From the NCBI GenBank assembly GCA_036337435.1, contig JAYZEG010000037.1:32001-96000 (forward strand): DNA of 64,000 nucleotides, in the 5' to 3' direction. The notes below the pieces were generated by a model. That model was not told the DNA's origin. It worked only from the letters and a program-made list of their open reading frames with translations, and made no database searches. This DNA is from Myxococcota bacterium (GTDB taxonomy: Bacteria; Myxococcota_A; Bradymonadia; UBA7976; UBA1532). Below, piece by piece: positions 47,972-57,037 of this stretch. The position numbers and the translations under genes were made by a program. Numbering within the stretch: position 1 is the stretch's first letter; the number at the start of each line of letters is the position of its first letter.

Positions 47972-48787
47972 TCAGCGTATGCTAAGGGATGCCTTTTTTA
48001 CTGCATGCATCACAGGCTCTCGACTGGGACGGTGTCCCGTCCAATGATAAAACGACTCGATCCCTTGCTCGATGAGCGCATCTACACCATCGCAAACCGA
48101 ACGGCCTAACCCATCGATTCCGCTCAGAAAACGATCGGTGCTGCGTCCGTAGTTCAGGTCGATGAAAGCACCTTCGCCTCCCGCGTAGTTCCATTGCCAT
48201 GTGTCGAGCATGGTGTAGCACTGTCTGGGGAGACAATTGATGACCGTTTGGTATTCGGCAAGGCTATGTTTCAACTCATCATAATGGGCCGATCTGACCT
48301 GATCAGGTGCCCTATTTTGCAGTTCTATGAAGCGATTTAGAGACCGATGAGCCACTGTGACACCACAATGCCCATTTGCCAGTAGCCAAGCGAGACAACT
48401 CTCCGCCATGCGACCGCTTCCCAGAATGAGCACGCCGCCATGAGGTACATTTGCCAGCAGACCCTCGATGCCGAACCAGTCGGTGTTCAGGCCTCGAAGT
48501 GGGCCATGAGGGGCTCGGCTGATGGTGTTGACAGAATGGAGCTCAGCTGCGTGTTGGCCTCGTTCAGACACAAGCTTGAATGCCCAATGTTTGTAGGGCG
48601 CTGTGACGTTAAGGCCGTGCCAACGTCCGCGCTTTAAATGGTCTGCCACATCGGTCAATCGTTCATGATCAACGTCGATGAGTTCGTAGTCGACTTCAAG
48701 ACCGCATGAACGGGCGGCAGCCTGATGCAATGCAGGTGATAGGCTATTTTGAATGCCGAGGCCCAACAATCCGAGTCGGTAGCGCAT
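47972..48787 (-). CDS. aroE: Shikimate dehydrogenase family protein
   Basis: SLSPALH, GLNVTAPYK, SVNTI, NTDWFG, DLNY. Confidence 0.85.
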   Translation of the reverse strand: MRYRLGLLGLGIQNSLSPALHQAAARSCGLEVDYELIDVDHERLTDVADHLKRGRWHGLNVTAPYKHWAFKLVSERGQHAAELHSVNTISRAPHGPLRGLNTDWFGIEGLLANVPHGGVLILGSGRMAESCLAWLLANGHCGVTVAHRSLNRFIELQNRAPDQVRSAHYDELKHSLAEYQTVINCLPRQCYTMLDTWQWNYAGGEGAFIDLNYGRSTDRFLSGIDGLGRSVCDGVDALIEQGIESFYHWTGHRPSREPVMHAVKKASLSIR

Positions 48788-48793
48788 GGGTCA

Positions 48794-49756
48794 TTAAAGT
48801 CCAAAGGTGCGGGGTTTAGAGTCCTCCGCTAAAGCCAGTCGAGCGGCTTGACAGTCACGGGCTATCTGAACAACCAACTCGTCTTTGGATTCAAACTTCT
48901 GTTCAGCTCTGAGCCGTAACGAGAAATAGAAGCGAACGCGCTGTCCGTAACTATCCGGCAAGTCAGCATCGAGCGCATGGACCTCAAGACGCATGGGTCT
49001 TGACTCGCCGAAGGTTGGCGTATGACCTAAATTAGCGACAGCGGGATAACATTGCTGCCCGTTATCTAACCAGCCAGCGTATACGCCGACAGGCGGGAGT
49101 GTCTGTGTTTCTGGTAATACGTTAAGCGTGGGAAACCCGATGTCTCGTCCCCGCTGCTCACCCTGAACAACCAAACCCGTAGAGGCGTGGGGTCGACCCA
49201 AGCAGGAGCGTGCATCTGCCAGGCGACCGTCGAGGACTGCCGATCTGATTCGAGTGCTGGAAATCTCGGAATCGGGGGCATCAGTCACGGACTGGATGAC
49301 ATCGACAGTAAATCCAAGTTCCTCTCCGAGGGCCTTCAAGTGCTCCACCCGGCCAGCCCGTTTCGCACCAAATGCGAAGTTGTACCCCACAACCACAGCA
49401 CTCACATTTAAGGCACCAACGAGAACCGTCTCGACGAATTCACGAGGCGTCAGTCCCGCAAATTTGAGATCAAAAGTCTGCGCCAAAATGGTGCCTATGC
49501 CGTACCCATGTAGGAATTGACAGCGGTCGACCAACGAATAAAGCGGCATCACTGGCTTAGCACGACCGACGACATCGGCAGGATGGGGGTGAAATGTAAG
49601 GACAGCGGCCTCCGCGTCCATTGTCGCGGCGCGTCGTTGTGCTTGCTCGAGCAGCTGTTGATGTCCGTGGTGGACGCCATCAAAATTGCCGATGGCTGCC
49701 ACCGTCGGACCGATGTTGTGGATGTCTGCATAATGTCGAAAAACTCTCATAGACAC
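48794..49756 (-). CDS. ribF: Bifunctional riboflavin kinase / FAD synthetase
   Basis: IGNFDGVHHGHQ, ISSTRIR, GRDIGFPTLN, LRAEQKF. Confidence 0.95.
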   Translation of the reverse strand: MSMRVFRHYADIHNIGPTVAAIGNFDGVHHGHQQLLEQAQRRAATMDAEAAVLTFHPHPADVVGRAKPVMPLYSLVDRCQFLHGYGIGTILAQTFDLKFAGLTPREFVETVLVGALNVSAVVVGYNFAFGAKRAGRVEHLKALGEELGFTVDVIQSVTDAPDSEISSTRIRSAVLDGRLADARSCLGRPHASTGLVVQGEQRGRDIGFPTLNVLPETQTLPPVGVYAGWLDNGQQCYPAVANLGHTPTFGESRPMRLEVHALDADLPDSYGQRVRFYFSLRLRAEQKFESKDELVVQIARDCQAARLALAEDSKPRTFGL

Positions 49757-49876
49757 CTGATTAGGGTAGGCCGACCTGATCTGTCAACGACAACAACTTC
49801 AAGTTTTGCCTGCTGTCGCGCTGGTACATCGTGTCGTTTTGCGTTACACGCTGTACTAAACAGCAGGTGAATTTAG

Positions 49877-50467
49877 ATGCGCGTAAGATTCTTTCTACTG
49901 ACAATTTTCACGTGTCTGGTGCTGCCGATGGCGGCTCACAGCACGAGTATCGACCGAAAAACGGGTGTCGGCTACGCTCATGGAATTGGTGGCCCCATGG
50001 GTCTCAGTTTAAACTACGGATTGGGCAGTCTAGCGATTGAGGCCATCGTCGGCATGAGCCGATTTAGCTACTCTGACGAACTGATCGAACCAAGGATTGC
50101 GTTCGCGACCGGGTTGGGTGGACACTTCCACCTTTTGAGCTCAAGGCAAGGGGCCTTATCGATCGGTGCTCGCTTCAACCTCGCGACCGGCTCTGTCTCC
50201 AGTGGTGATAACAGCAGCACTTTGTCAGCCAGCACGAGAGAGGTGACGCAAGTCGGTTTCGACGTCCCACTGCGCGTTTATTGGTTTCCAACCCGTAATA
50301 TCTCGATTCATACAGAATTCGGTGTTGCGGTCTTCATGGGCGCAGACGACGCCACGCTGATCGACGCAAAAGATGGAACAACAGAGCTTATGCCAGGCGG
50401 CTTAGCTATCGTTGCATTCCGCCATTCGACACCCATCGGTCAATTGGGTCTGACCTATTGGTGGTAG
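49877..50467 (+). CDS. Small outer-membrane beta-barrel-like protein
   Basis: Signal peptide, alternating beta strands, aromatic C-terminus (LGLTYWW). Confidence 0.65.
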   Translation: MRVRFFLLTIFTCLVLPMAAHSTSIDRKTGVGYAHGIGGPMGLSLNYGLGSLAIEAIVGMSRFSYSDELIEPRIAFATGLGGHFHLLSSRQGALSIGARFNLATGSVSSGDNSSTLSASTREVTQVGFDVPLRVYWFPTRNISIHTEFGVAVFMGADDATLIDAKDGTTELMPGGLAIVAFRHSTPIGQLGLTYWW

Positions 50468-50587
50468 TCACAGAAAACGTCTATTCTTTCCTTTGACCAT
50501 ATTGTCTTACAGAAACATACATGTAATGATTGATTTTGATAGAGACTCCATTTACAATAATGGTGAATTTTTTTAGTATTACAAAAA

Positions 50588-50605
50588 TTGTCACCGAGTG
50601 ACGTT
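50588..50605. promoter_or_regulatory. Putative PilR-type enhancer site
   Basis: TTGTCACCGAGTGACGTT, similar to the 40506 palindrome; preceded by ACAAAAATTGTC. Confidence 0.5.
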
Positions 50606-50712
50606 TTGTGGCACTCTTGGTGGGAGGGGGCGTTCTGATTATCAGGACGCATAACGAATTTAGGTGTTTATTTTTATTAGCAAAAAGGCACTTTTTTCTA
50701 AAACGAGAACAA

Positions 50713-50728
50713 TTGGCACGAGATCTGA
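50713..50728 (+). promoter_or_regulatory. sigma54-like promoter of the third pilin
   Basis: TTGGCACGAGATCTGA: perfect -24 element, variant -12 (GA instead of GC), in an AT-rich intergenic region. Confidence 0.55.
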
Positions 50729-50812
50729 TAATAGGGTGGTTGTGCATTGAATTTTACGTCTAGAAGCAGACTGATACTTAAGGGCAAGGGCTCATTTGGA
50801 GGAGACCATCGT

Positions 50813-51358
50813 ATGAAAATCCGGGCATCTCGTGGATTTACATTGATCGAAATGATGATCGTAGTGGCGATTTTAGGCATGCTCGCCGCCATTGCGATTC
50901 CAGCATTTCAAAAATATGTGCGACGCTCAAAAACGACCGAGGCCGTTATGAACTTGCGCAAGATGTTCGACGGTAGCGTAGTCTACTACGAACGAGAACA
51001 TTCAGACAGGCAAGGTGGCGTCATCGTTCCACAGTTTCCTGGCGTTGGCATGAATTACGGACCGGCTCCGGGGAACAATCCCTGCTGCGGCCAGGATGGT
51101 GACAAATGCGCACCAGATCCAGAGGCGTGGAAACATCCTGTTTGGCAGGGACTAAACTTCGCTGTCGATGACCCTCACTACTACTGGTATGCGTTCTTAT
51201 CTGCTGGCGTTGGACAGAACTCGTCGTTCACAGCACGGGCAATGGGCAATCTGAACTGTAACACCTCTTACTCAACATTCGAGCGTGTCGGTGGCGTGAC
51301 TCCGACGGGCGAAGTCCTCGGCGGCGCTGGCATCTTCTCGGTTCGCCCACTCGAATAG
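50813..51358 (+). CDS. Third type IV pilin, full-length paralogue of pilA
   Basis: [35 protein letters not shown] and STFERVG shared with pilA; GGAGGAG RBS. Confidence 0.92.
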   Translation: MKIRASRGFTLIEMMIVVAILGMLAAIAIPAFQKYVRRSKTTEAVMNLRKMFDGSVVYYEREHSDRQGGVIVPQFPGVGMNYGPAPGNNPCCGQDGDKCAPDPEAWKHPVWQGLNFAVDDPHYYWYAFLSAGVGQNSSFTARAMGNLNCNTSYSTFERVGGVTPTGEVLGGAGIFSVRPLE

Positions 51359-51375
51359 TCCAACCCAAACGCAAT

Positions 51376-51434
51376 GTTCCAGTGCGTCGACCGCGCTGGA
51401 ACGAGACCAAAAGGCTGCCACTGGTAGCCTGTTC
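51376..51434 (+). terminator. Double hairpin after the third pilin (terminator or mRNA stabiliser)
   Basis: GTTCCAGTGCG/CGCGCTGGAAC and AGGCTGCC/GGTAGCCT stems; weak U tract. Confidence 0.4.
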
Positions 51435-51460
51435 GGTATCCATCATTGATAAACTCGGTT

Positions 51461-52450
51461 ATGACTCGGATTTGTTTCCTCATAGGAAGCCTGATTGGCC
51501 TACTCGGCTGTGGCACAGACTCGAACCGTGAGGGCCAGCAGACCTGGCAGCTCGCATTTGATGAGTCAAGTCTAGGTGCCTACCTCTGCGCCTGGGGGAC
51601 CGACGATGATGTCTGGGTGGTTGGCGGACAACCCAATTCGGGTGTCGTTTGGCACCAGAAAAACGGGCAGTGGTCTCGCGCATCGGTCCCCGAAGGACCA
51701 CTTTTGAATTGGACCCATGGTGTCGATGGTCACCAATGGATTGTTGGCAGCGCTGGTCGAATTTTATACAAGGCACCGAGCTCTGATGAGTGGTTGGTGG
51801 AGGACTCAGGCGTGTCAGCACCCCTCTGGGGTGTATGGGCAGCACACCCAAATCACGTATTCGCCGTGGGCGGCAATCCCATCGACACGGGTGACCCGGA
51901 CCCGATCATGTTGGAGCGAGTCAATGGCCGATGGCAGCGGATCGAGCTGCCCGAGACCGATCGAATTTTCAGAGCGTTATTCAAGGTCTGGGGCACGGCT
52001 GACGACAACGTCTACGCAGTCGGTGCCAAAGGGACCATATTGCACTTCGATGGGCGTCAATGGCGTCAGCAAAATTCGGGTACGGCCAGAGACATCATCA
52101 GTTTGTGGGGTCATCGGCCGGATCAAATATTAGCAGTAGGGGGCCGCGGCAACGGGATTATTTTACGCTTCGACGGTGAACAATGGACGCCGAAGGTCTT
52201 AGAGCAGGAGCCCGGGCTCAATGGGGTGTGGGTAGCAGCCGATGGGAATGCCACCGTCGTCGGCGAACGCGGTCGAATCCTCACGGTTGCGCTGGCCGAC
52301 CTGACTTATGGACGCCAAGAAAGCGCCCAGACCAGCCTACTTCATGGCGTATGGGGACATCCGAGCGGTTACCGAATCGCCGTCGGCGGCACCCTTGATC
52401 GGAATCCCCCCTGGCAGGGGTTTGCCATCGAAGTTCAAGGCACCGAGTAA
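51461..52450 (+). CDS. Beta-propeller lipoprotein
   Basis: Lipobox LLGC; repeated LxxVWG...vxAVG...G.ILxFDGxxW units. Confidence 0.8.
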   Translation: MTRICFLIGSLIGLLGCGTDSNREGQQTWQLAFDESSLGAYLCAWGTDDDVWVVGGQPNSGVVWHQKNGQWSRASVPEGPLLNWTHGVDGHQWIVGSAGRILYKAPSSDEWLVEDSGVSAPLWGVWAAHPNHVFAVGGNPIDTGDPDPIMLERVNGRWQRIELPETDRIFRALFKVWGTADDNVYAVGAKGTILHFDGRQWRQQNSGTARDIISLWGHRPDQILAVGGRGNGIILRFDGEQWTPKVLEQEPGLNGVWVAADGNATVVGERGRILTVALADLTYGRQESAQTSLLHGVWGHPSGYRIAVGGTLDRNPPWQGFAIEVQGTE

Positions 52451-52602
52451 GGATCGTCGTTTAATTCGTCTAGTCCCATACACGGACATGGGCCGTCGCC
52501 AAAGGCGGTCAACCGGCTCGTTCTTGGATTAAACTTATCTAGACTTCAACGGCGTTTATCGTTTAGATTGCCCGTTGGCCTATTGGCGGGAAAGGTCATT
52601 TC

Positions 52603-54963
52603 TTGAGACGTCTCCAAACCAATTGCTATTGGCTGGTCGTATTGCTGACGGTCAGCTGTGGTGACCCATCGGGCGAAACGGAGATTCCGGCGGCGGTCGG
52701 GATCTACGCCCCGCAAGGCGCAATTTTACCGGATGCGACGGAGACCCAAAGAGCCACCTTTATGCGCGGTGAAGACATCGTTCGCAAACGATTTACCCCC
52801 GATGACGGGCTGGGTCCTATTTTTAATGTCACTTTTTGCGGTGCGTGCCATGAAAAGCCGGTTTTTGGGGGGGCGGCTGGTCATTATCGGGATTTCATCC
52901 TTCATGGGCAGACAACATCCGATGGCAGCTTCATCCCGTCGGGCGATCGCAGCGGCATCTTGAGTTCGTATCGATGGCCGATCGACACCAAGAGACCGGC
53001 ACCCGATGCGACAGCAAACACAGCGGCAATTCGTAATCCAATCCCGTTTTTTGGGATCGGTCTCCTCGCAGAAATTCCCGAGGAGAGCATTCTGCAGCAC
53101 GCAGACCCCGACGATGCCGACGGCGATGGGATCAGTGGTCGGCCCAATTATGACCGAGGCTTCGTCGGACGATTTGGCACCAAATCACAAACCGTGAGCG
53201 TAGAAGGATTCATTCGAGGACCGATCTTTAATCATATTGGAATTACCACGGACCCACTCAGTGCAGATGCAAAGGCAAAACTGCCAGTTCCATCGGTTCT
53301 CGATGAGGACGACAGCCGAGTGGCCACCGTCAACAGCCCACTCGAGATTCAAAGATTCCATCAGGCGGCTGCACCCTCCGAACCATTAACCGATGACGAT
53401 GATATCCCAGACCCTGAAATGGATGAAGACACACTCTTTGCCCTCGTGAGTTGGGCTATGCTTTTGGCTGTGCCCCCACCAGATGAACCCACTGAACTCA
53501 CAGAGGCGGGTCTCGAAGAGTTCGAGTCTATCGGCTGTGCGAGCTGCCATGTACCCGGTTTGGAAGGTCCACGGGGCATGATCTTTCCCTACTCAGACCT
53601 CTTGCTCCACGATATGGGTCCAGAGCTTGCCGATGGCATCTCAATGGGCATAGCCACCGGCTCAGAATTTCGAACGGCACCCCTTTGGGGCATTACATCC
53701 GTGGGGCCGTATTTGCACGATGGCCGAGCCGATACATTGGACGAAGCCATTTCTCTACACGGCGGAGAAGCTGAGCGCAGCAGAGACCGGTATCTCGCAT
53801 TAGAGCCATCAAAAAAACAATCGATCATCGCATTTCTTGAGAGCCTGGGTGGTGCATCACAAAAGACCGCCGGTCTGATTCCACCCAATACACCGATCGC
53901 CGCTGTGGGCGAGCTTGGTGGCCCGCTCTACCCCTTAGCTGATGCCGAAAAAGATCAATTTTTGGCCGGTCGACACCTCTTCGACCGAGACGTTTATTTG
54001 AGGGAAGGTCTGGGACCGTACTTTAGCGGTGATAGCTGTCGCGGTTGTCACTTTGAACCAGTTGTTGGCGGTGCAGGTCCCTTGGGCGTCAATGGAACTC
54101 GATTTGGTTCCTATGACGAGAATGGAGACTTCGTGACACCGGCTGGAGGCACCGTGCTCGCAAAACTGGCCACGACGGGGCATAGCCGACCCGAGGCAAC
54201 AGCCGCCATGTTCACCGAGTCTCGCCAAACGCCGACGGTTCTTGGAGCGGGCATCCTCGACCGCGTCTCACCCGAGGCCATCCTCGCCAATGCAGATCCA
54301 ATGGATACAGACGGTGATGGAATCAGTGGCCGCGGACATATTTTTGTCGATGGACGGCTAGGCCGATTCGGATGGAAAGCGCAAATCCCATCCCTCATCG
54401 AATTCGTTCGAGACGCCGTCAGTGTGGAACTTGGATTGACCGTGCCGAGCCTCGTCTTACTCGATGACGATGGGCGCGATATCACCCCGGAATATACATT
54501 TGGCACTGCCACCGATTCCGACGCTGTTCCTGACCCAGAAGTTGATGCCGTCACTTTAGACAATTTGGTCTTCTACATTGGACAATTGGCACCACATCAG
54601 CCAAAAAAAGACGTCCCCAGTGGCAGACGCCTTTTTGAATTCATAGGATGCGCCCAATGCCATATCCCAACTTTGGTGGGTATGGAGGGCTCTGTCCCCG
54701 CCTATACGGACCTGCTACTTAACGATGTTCTCGGCGATGCAAAACAAGCGGTTCCTGACGGCGAGGCGATGCCAGGTGAATATAGGACACCGCCGCTTTG
54801 GGGTCTGTCGGACACAGCACCTTACATGCATGACGGCTCAGCGACGACGATCCATCAAGCAATACTTGAGCATGCGGGCGAAGCTCAAGGAACCGTCGAT
54901 CGCTATCGAGCTCTCTCAGAAGCAGAGCGTGCACCGCTCTTGGAATTTTTAGACAGTCTGTAG
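52603..54963 (+). CDS. Di-haem oxidoreductase (DUF1111-like) lipoprotein, tandem duplicated
   Basis: Four CxxCH motifs (CGACH, CASCH, CRGCH, CAQCH); two copies each of DPxDxDGDGISGR, GRFGxK, RTxPLWG and YxHDG. Confidence 0.85.
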   Translation: MRRLQTNCYWLVVLLTVSCGDPSGETEIPAAVGIYAPQGAILPDATETQRATFMRGEDIVRKRFTPDDGLGPIFNVTFCGACHEKPVFGGAAGHYRDFILHGQTTSDGSFIPSGDRSGILSSYRWPIDTKRPAPDATANTAAIRNPIPFFGIGLLAEIPEESILQHADPDDADGDGISGRPNYDRGFVGRFGTKSQTVSVEGFIRGPIFNHIGITTDPLSADAKAKLPVPSVLDEDDSRVATVNSPLEIQRFHQAAAPSEPLTDDDDIPDPEMDEDTLFALVSWAMLLAVPPPDEPTELTEAGLEEFESIGCASCHVPGLEGPRGMIFPYSDLLLHDMGPELADGISMGIATGSEFRTAPLWGITSVGPYLHDGRADTLDEAISLHGGEAERSRDRYLALEPSKKQSIIAFLESLGGASQKTAGLIPPNTPIAAVGELGGPLYPLADAEKDQFLAGRHLFDRDVYLREGLGPYFSGDSCRGCHFEPVVGGAGPLGVNGTRFGSYDENGDFVTPAGGTVLAKLATTGHSRPEATAAMFTESRQTPTVLGAGILDRVSPEAILANADPMDTDGDGISGRGHIFVDGRLGRFGWKAQIPSLIEFVRDAVSVELGLTVPSLVLLDDDGRDITPEYTFGTATDSDAVPDPEVDAVTLDNLVFYIGQLAPHQPKKDVPSGRRLFEFIGCAQCHIPTLVGMEGSVPAYTDLLLNDVLGDAKQAVPDGEAMPGEYRTPPLWGLSDTAPYMHDGSATTIHQAILEHAGEAQGTVDRYRALSEAERAPLLEFLDSL

Positions 54964-55090
54964 CGATGCAACATCCGGCAATGGCAAGACCTGAGTTGTC
55001 CCAATGGCAGTGTGTGCCAGACCGTTTCGCTGAGGTTTTGAGGAGTCAGATGCTTTGGAAAACGAGGCACAGGGTCGTTGCGTGGCGTGC

Positions 55091-56122
55091 CTAATTGGCA
55101 ACACATGCATTGATTTCGGCACCACAATTTTGTTGCTGGCATTGCGGATCGTTTCCGATGCAATTTTCTTGGACGCAGTCGACAGCTGCTCTGTAAAGGT
55201 CGAAACTTGCGGGGCTACTCAATTGAACGCAGACATTAGCACAGGCCCTGTCGTCATCCTGACAGGCATTTAAGCAGACGAGTAGTTCATTGCATGTGCC
55301 TTGACCGATAGGCCGCACTTGTGGCCCAAGGCACCGTTCAGACTCAAGACGACAATTCTGATCGAGACACGCTTGGTCAAGCTGTCCAGCAGGCGTAATG
55401 CATTGATTTTCCCGCAGACAGCTGATCACAGCCTCAAAGCGTTGGTTTGCCTCCGGCGTGGCGTTGGCATAACATGCGTTCAAGCACGCTTGATCGCCCA
55501 TACAATCACCGAGGCACTGATTGAGTGCAATGCATTCAGCCACACCTTGCTCGTTCATTTCGGGCGGTTGCGCACCTTCGCAGAGCGCAGCGAAACCACC
55601 GTCATTATTGGCCAGGTCAAGTGTTGGGACGCAACTGTTAAATCCACACATGATGTCCGCGTACGGAGGCGTGTCGTTACACGTCCGCAAACATGATGTA
55701 ATCAAGGCTGGTCGATTGGCTTCATCAGTGACACATCCTCCAGCAAATGCACACTCTGCGACCCAACGACAGACCTCACCACAATTCTGACCGTTGTCGA
55801 CGCAATTGGGTGGTGCCGGTGCATCGACCATACCTGGCCCGGCTGCATCCGGAGGCCCAGAGTCAAAGGCCGTTGCCGCGTCGGTAAGGCCAGCATCGAC
55901 GTCCATCGCCCCATCCGTTTCTGGTGCCAAAGGCATCGAGTCGGCGATAGAACCGTCGCTTGCAAAGGCCATATCCGGAATGGAGAAGTCAGTGATGCGG
56001 GGCTGACTCGTCCCCATCATGTCTCGTTCCACACTCGGAATAATAACGTCCCCATTGTCATCCTCGGATTGGCAACCGAAGGCGGCTAAAACAGTGGCGA
56101 ACAGCAGAGTTTGGATGCGCAT
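55091..56122 (-). CDS. Cys-rich repeat lipoprotein
   Basis: Lipobox AFGC, Asp-rich linker, two 10-Cys repeats plus another Cys-rich module. Confidence 0.8.
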   Translation of the reverse strand: MRIQTLLFATVLAAFGCQSEDDNGDVIIPSVERDMMGTSQPRITDFSIPDMAFASDGSIADSMPLAPETDGAMDVDAGLTDAATAFDSGPPDAAGPGMVDAPAPPNCVDNGQNCGEVCRWVAECAFAGGCVTDEANRPALITSCLRTCNDTPPYADIMCGFNSCVPTLDLANNDGGFAALCEGAQPPEMNEQGVAECIALNQCLGDCMGDQACLNACYANATPEANQRFEAVISCLRENQCITPAGQLDQACLDQNCRLESERCLGPQVRPIGQGTCNELLVCLNACQDDDRACANVCVQLSSPASFDLYRAAVDCVQENCIGNDPQCQQQNCGAEINACVAN

Positions 56123-56263
56123 AACTACCATCTCAAAAGTCATCGATAACGAGCGGACGATACAGGCAGAGACGGGGTCTACGCAAGCAACCCAAGATCG
56201 ATGCAATCAAAACTGCGTTAATGCTATAGGGAACTCGGTCAACAACCAGCGGACGGAGCTCCC

Positions 56264-57034
56264 TTGACTGATCATTATATAACGACCATCGAGGGAGCCG
56301 GCAACCCCGTCATCGTCTTCGATCGCGGCCAATACCGCTGCCTGCGCATGGCGGACAATCGAGCACTCATCCAGGGCTACCAGCATCGGTATAGACGCCT
56401 CGATTTTCGATCCGAATATCTTCATGGACATCTTGCTGCGACATTGGCTGTGACAAACCCAAGAAAAGCACTCTGCCTCGGTCTAGGTGTTGGCGCAATT
56501 CCACACCTGTTGAGTCATCTGTATCCGGACATACAGATCACAGCCGTCGAGTTAAATGAGACGGTCTATACGGCAGCCTCGACCTATTTTGATCTGAATC
56601 GTCTACACAACCTGCACGTTAATATTTCCTGTGCATCGAGATTCGTTGGTGCACATTTCCAAGACGACTACGATCTGATCTTTGTGGATTGTTACGATGC
56701 TGTTGGTATTCCAAGTGCCTGCAGTAACCGAGCGTATGTAACGAACGTGATGAGGCGTCTAGCCAACCATGGACTGGTCGTGATCAATCTGTTGCCCGGT
56801 CGACGGTTTGTGGACAAAATGTTCAGTCTTTGGCTTGACCATTCGACCGATGCGGTCGTTATGCCTGGCGTCCGCAAATCAAATCGGACCCTCATTTGCT
56901 CAAAGCAACCCCTTCCCAACCGTTCATCCATATTGAATCGGCTCGAGTCGGAGTTTTTTCCTCCATTGCCCTTCGACATGGGGCAACCGTGGAAGCGCAT
57001 GTCGAAAGCGGACCGCTACTTGGGGCAATGGTAG
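56264..57034 (+). CDS. Spermidine-synthase-like SAM-dependent methyltransferase
   Basis: LCLGLGVGAI, ITAVEL, YDLIFVDCYD, GLVVINL. Confidence 0.8.
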   Translation: MTDHYITTIEGAGNPVIVFDRGQYRCLRMADNRALIQGYQHRYRRLDFRSEYLHGHLAATLAVTNPRKALCLGLGVGAIPHLLSHLYPDIQITAVELNETVYTAASTYFDLNRLHNLHVNISCASRFVGAHFQDDYDLIFVDCYDAVGIPSACSNRAYVTNVMRRLANHGLVVINLLPGRRFVDKMFSLWLDHSTDAVVMPGVRKSNRTLICSKQPLPNRSSILNRLESEFFPPLPFDMGQPWKRMSKADRYLGQW

Positions 57035-57037
57035 CGT

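Noticed and set aside
50468..50812. AT-rich segment as a horizontally acquired island, and small ORFs within it
   Set aside because: Better explained as the pilin promoter/enhancer region; no mobility genes or flanking repeats.
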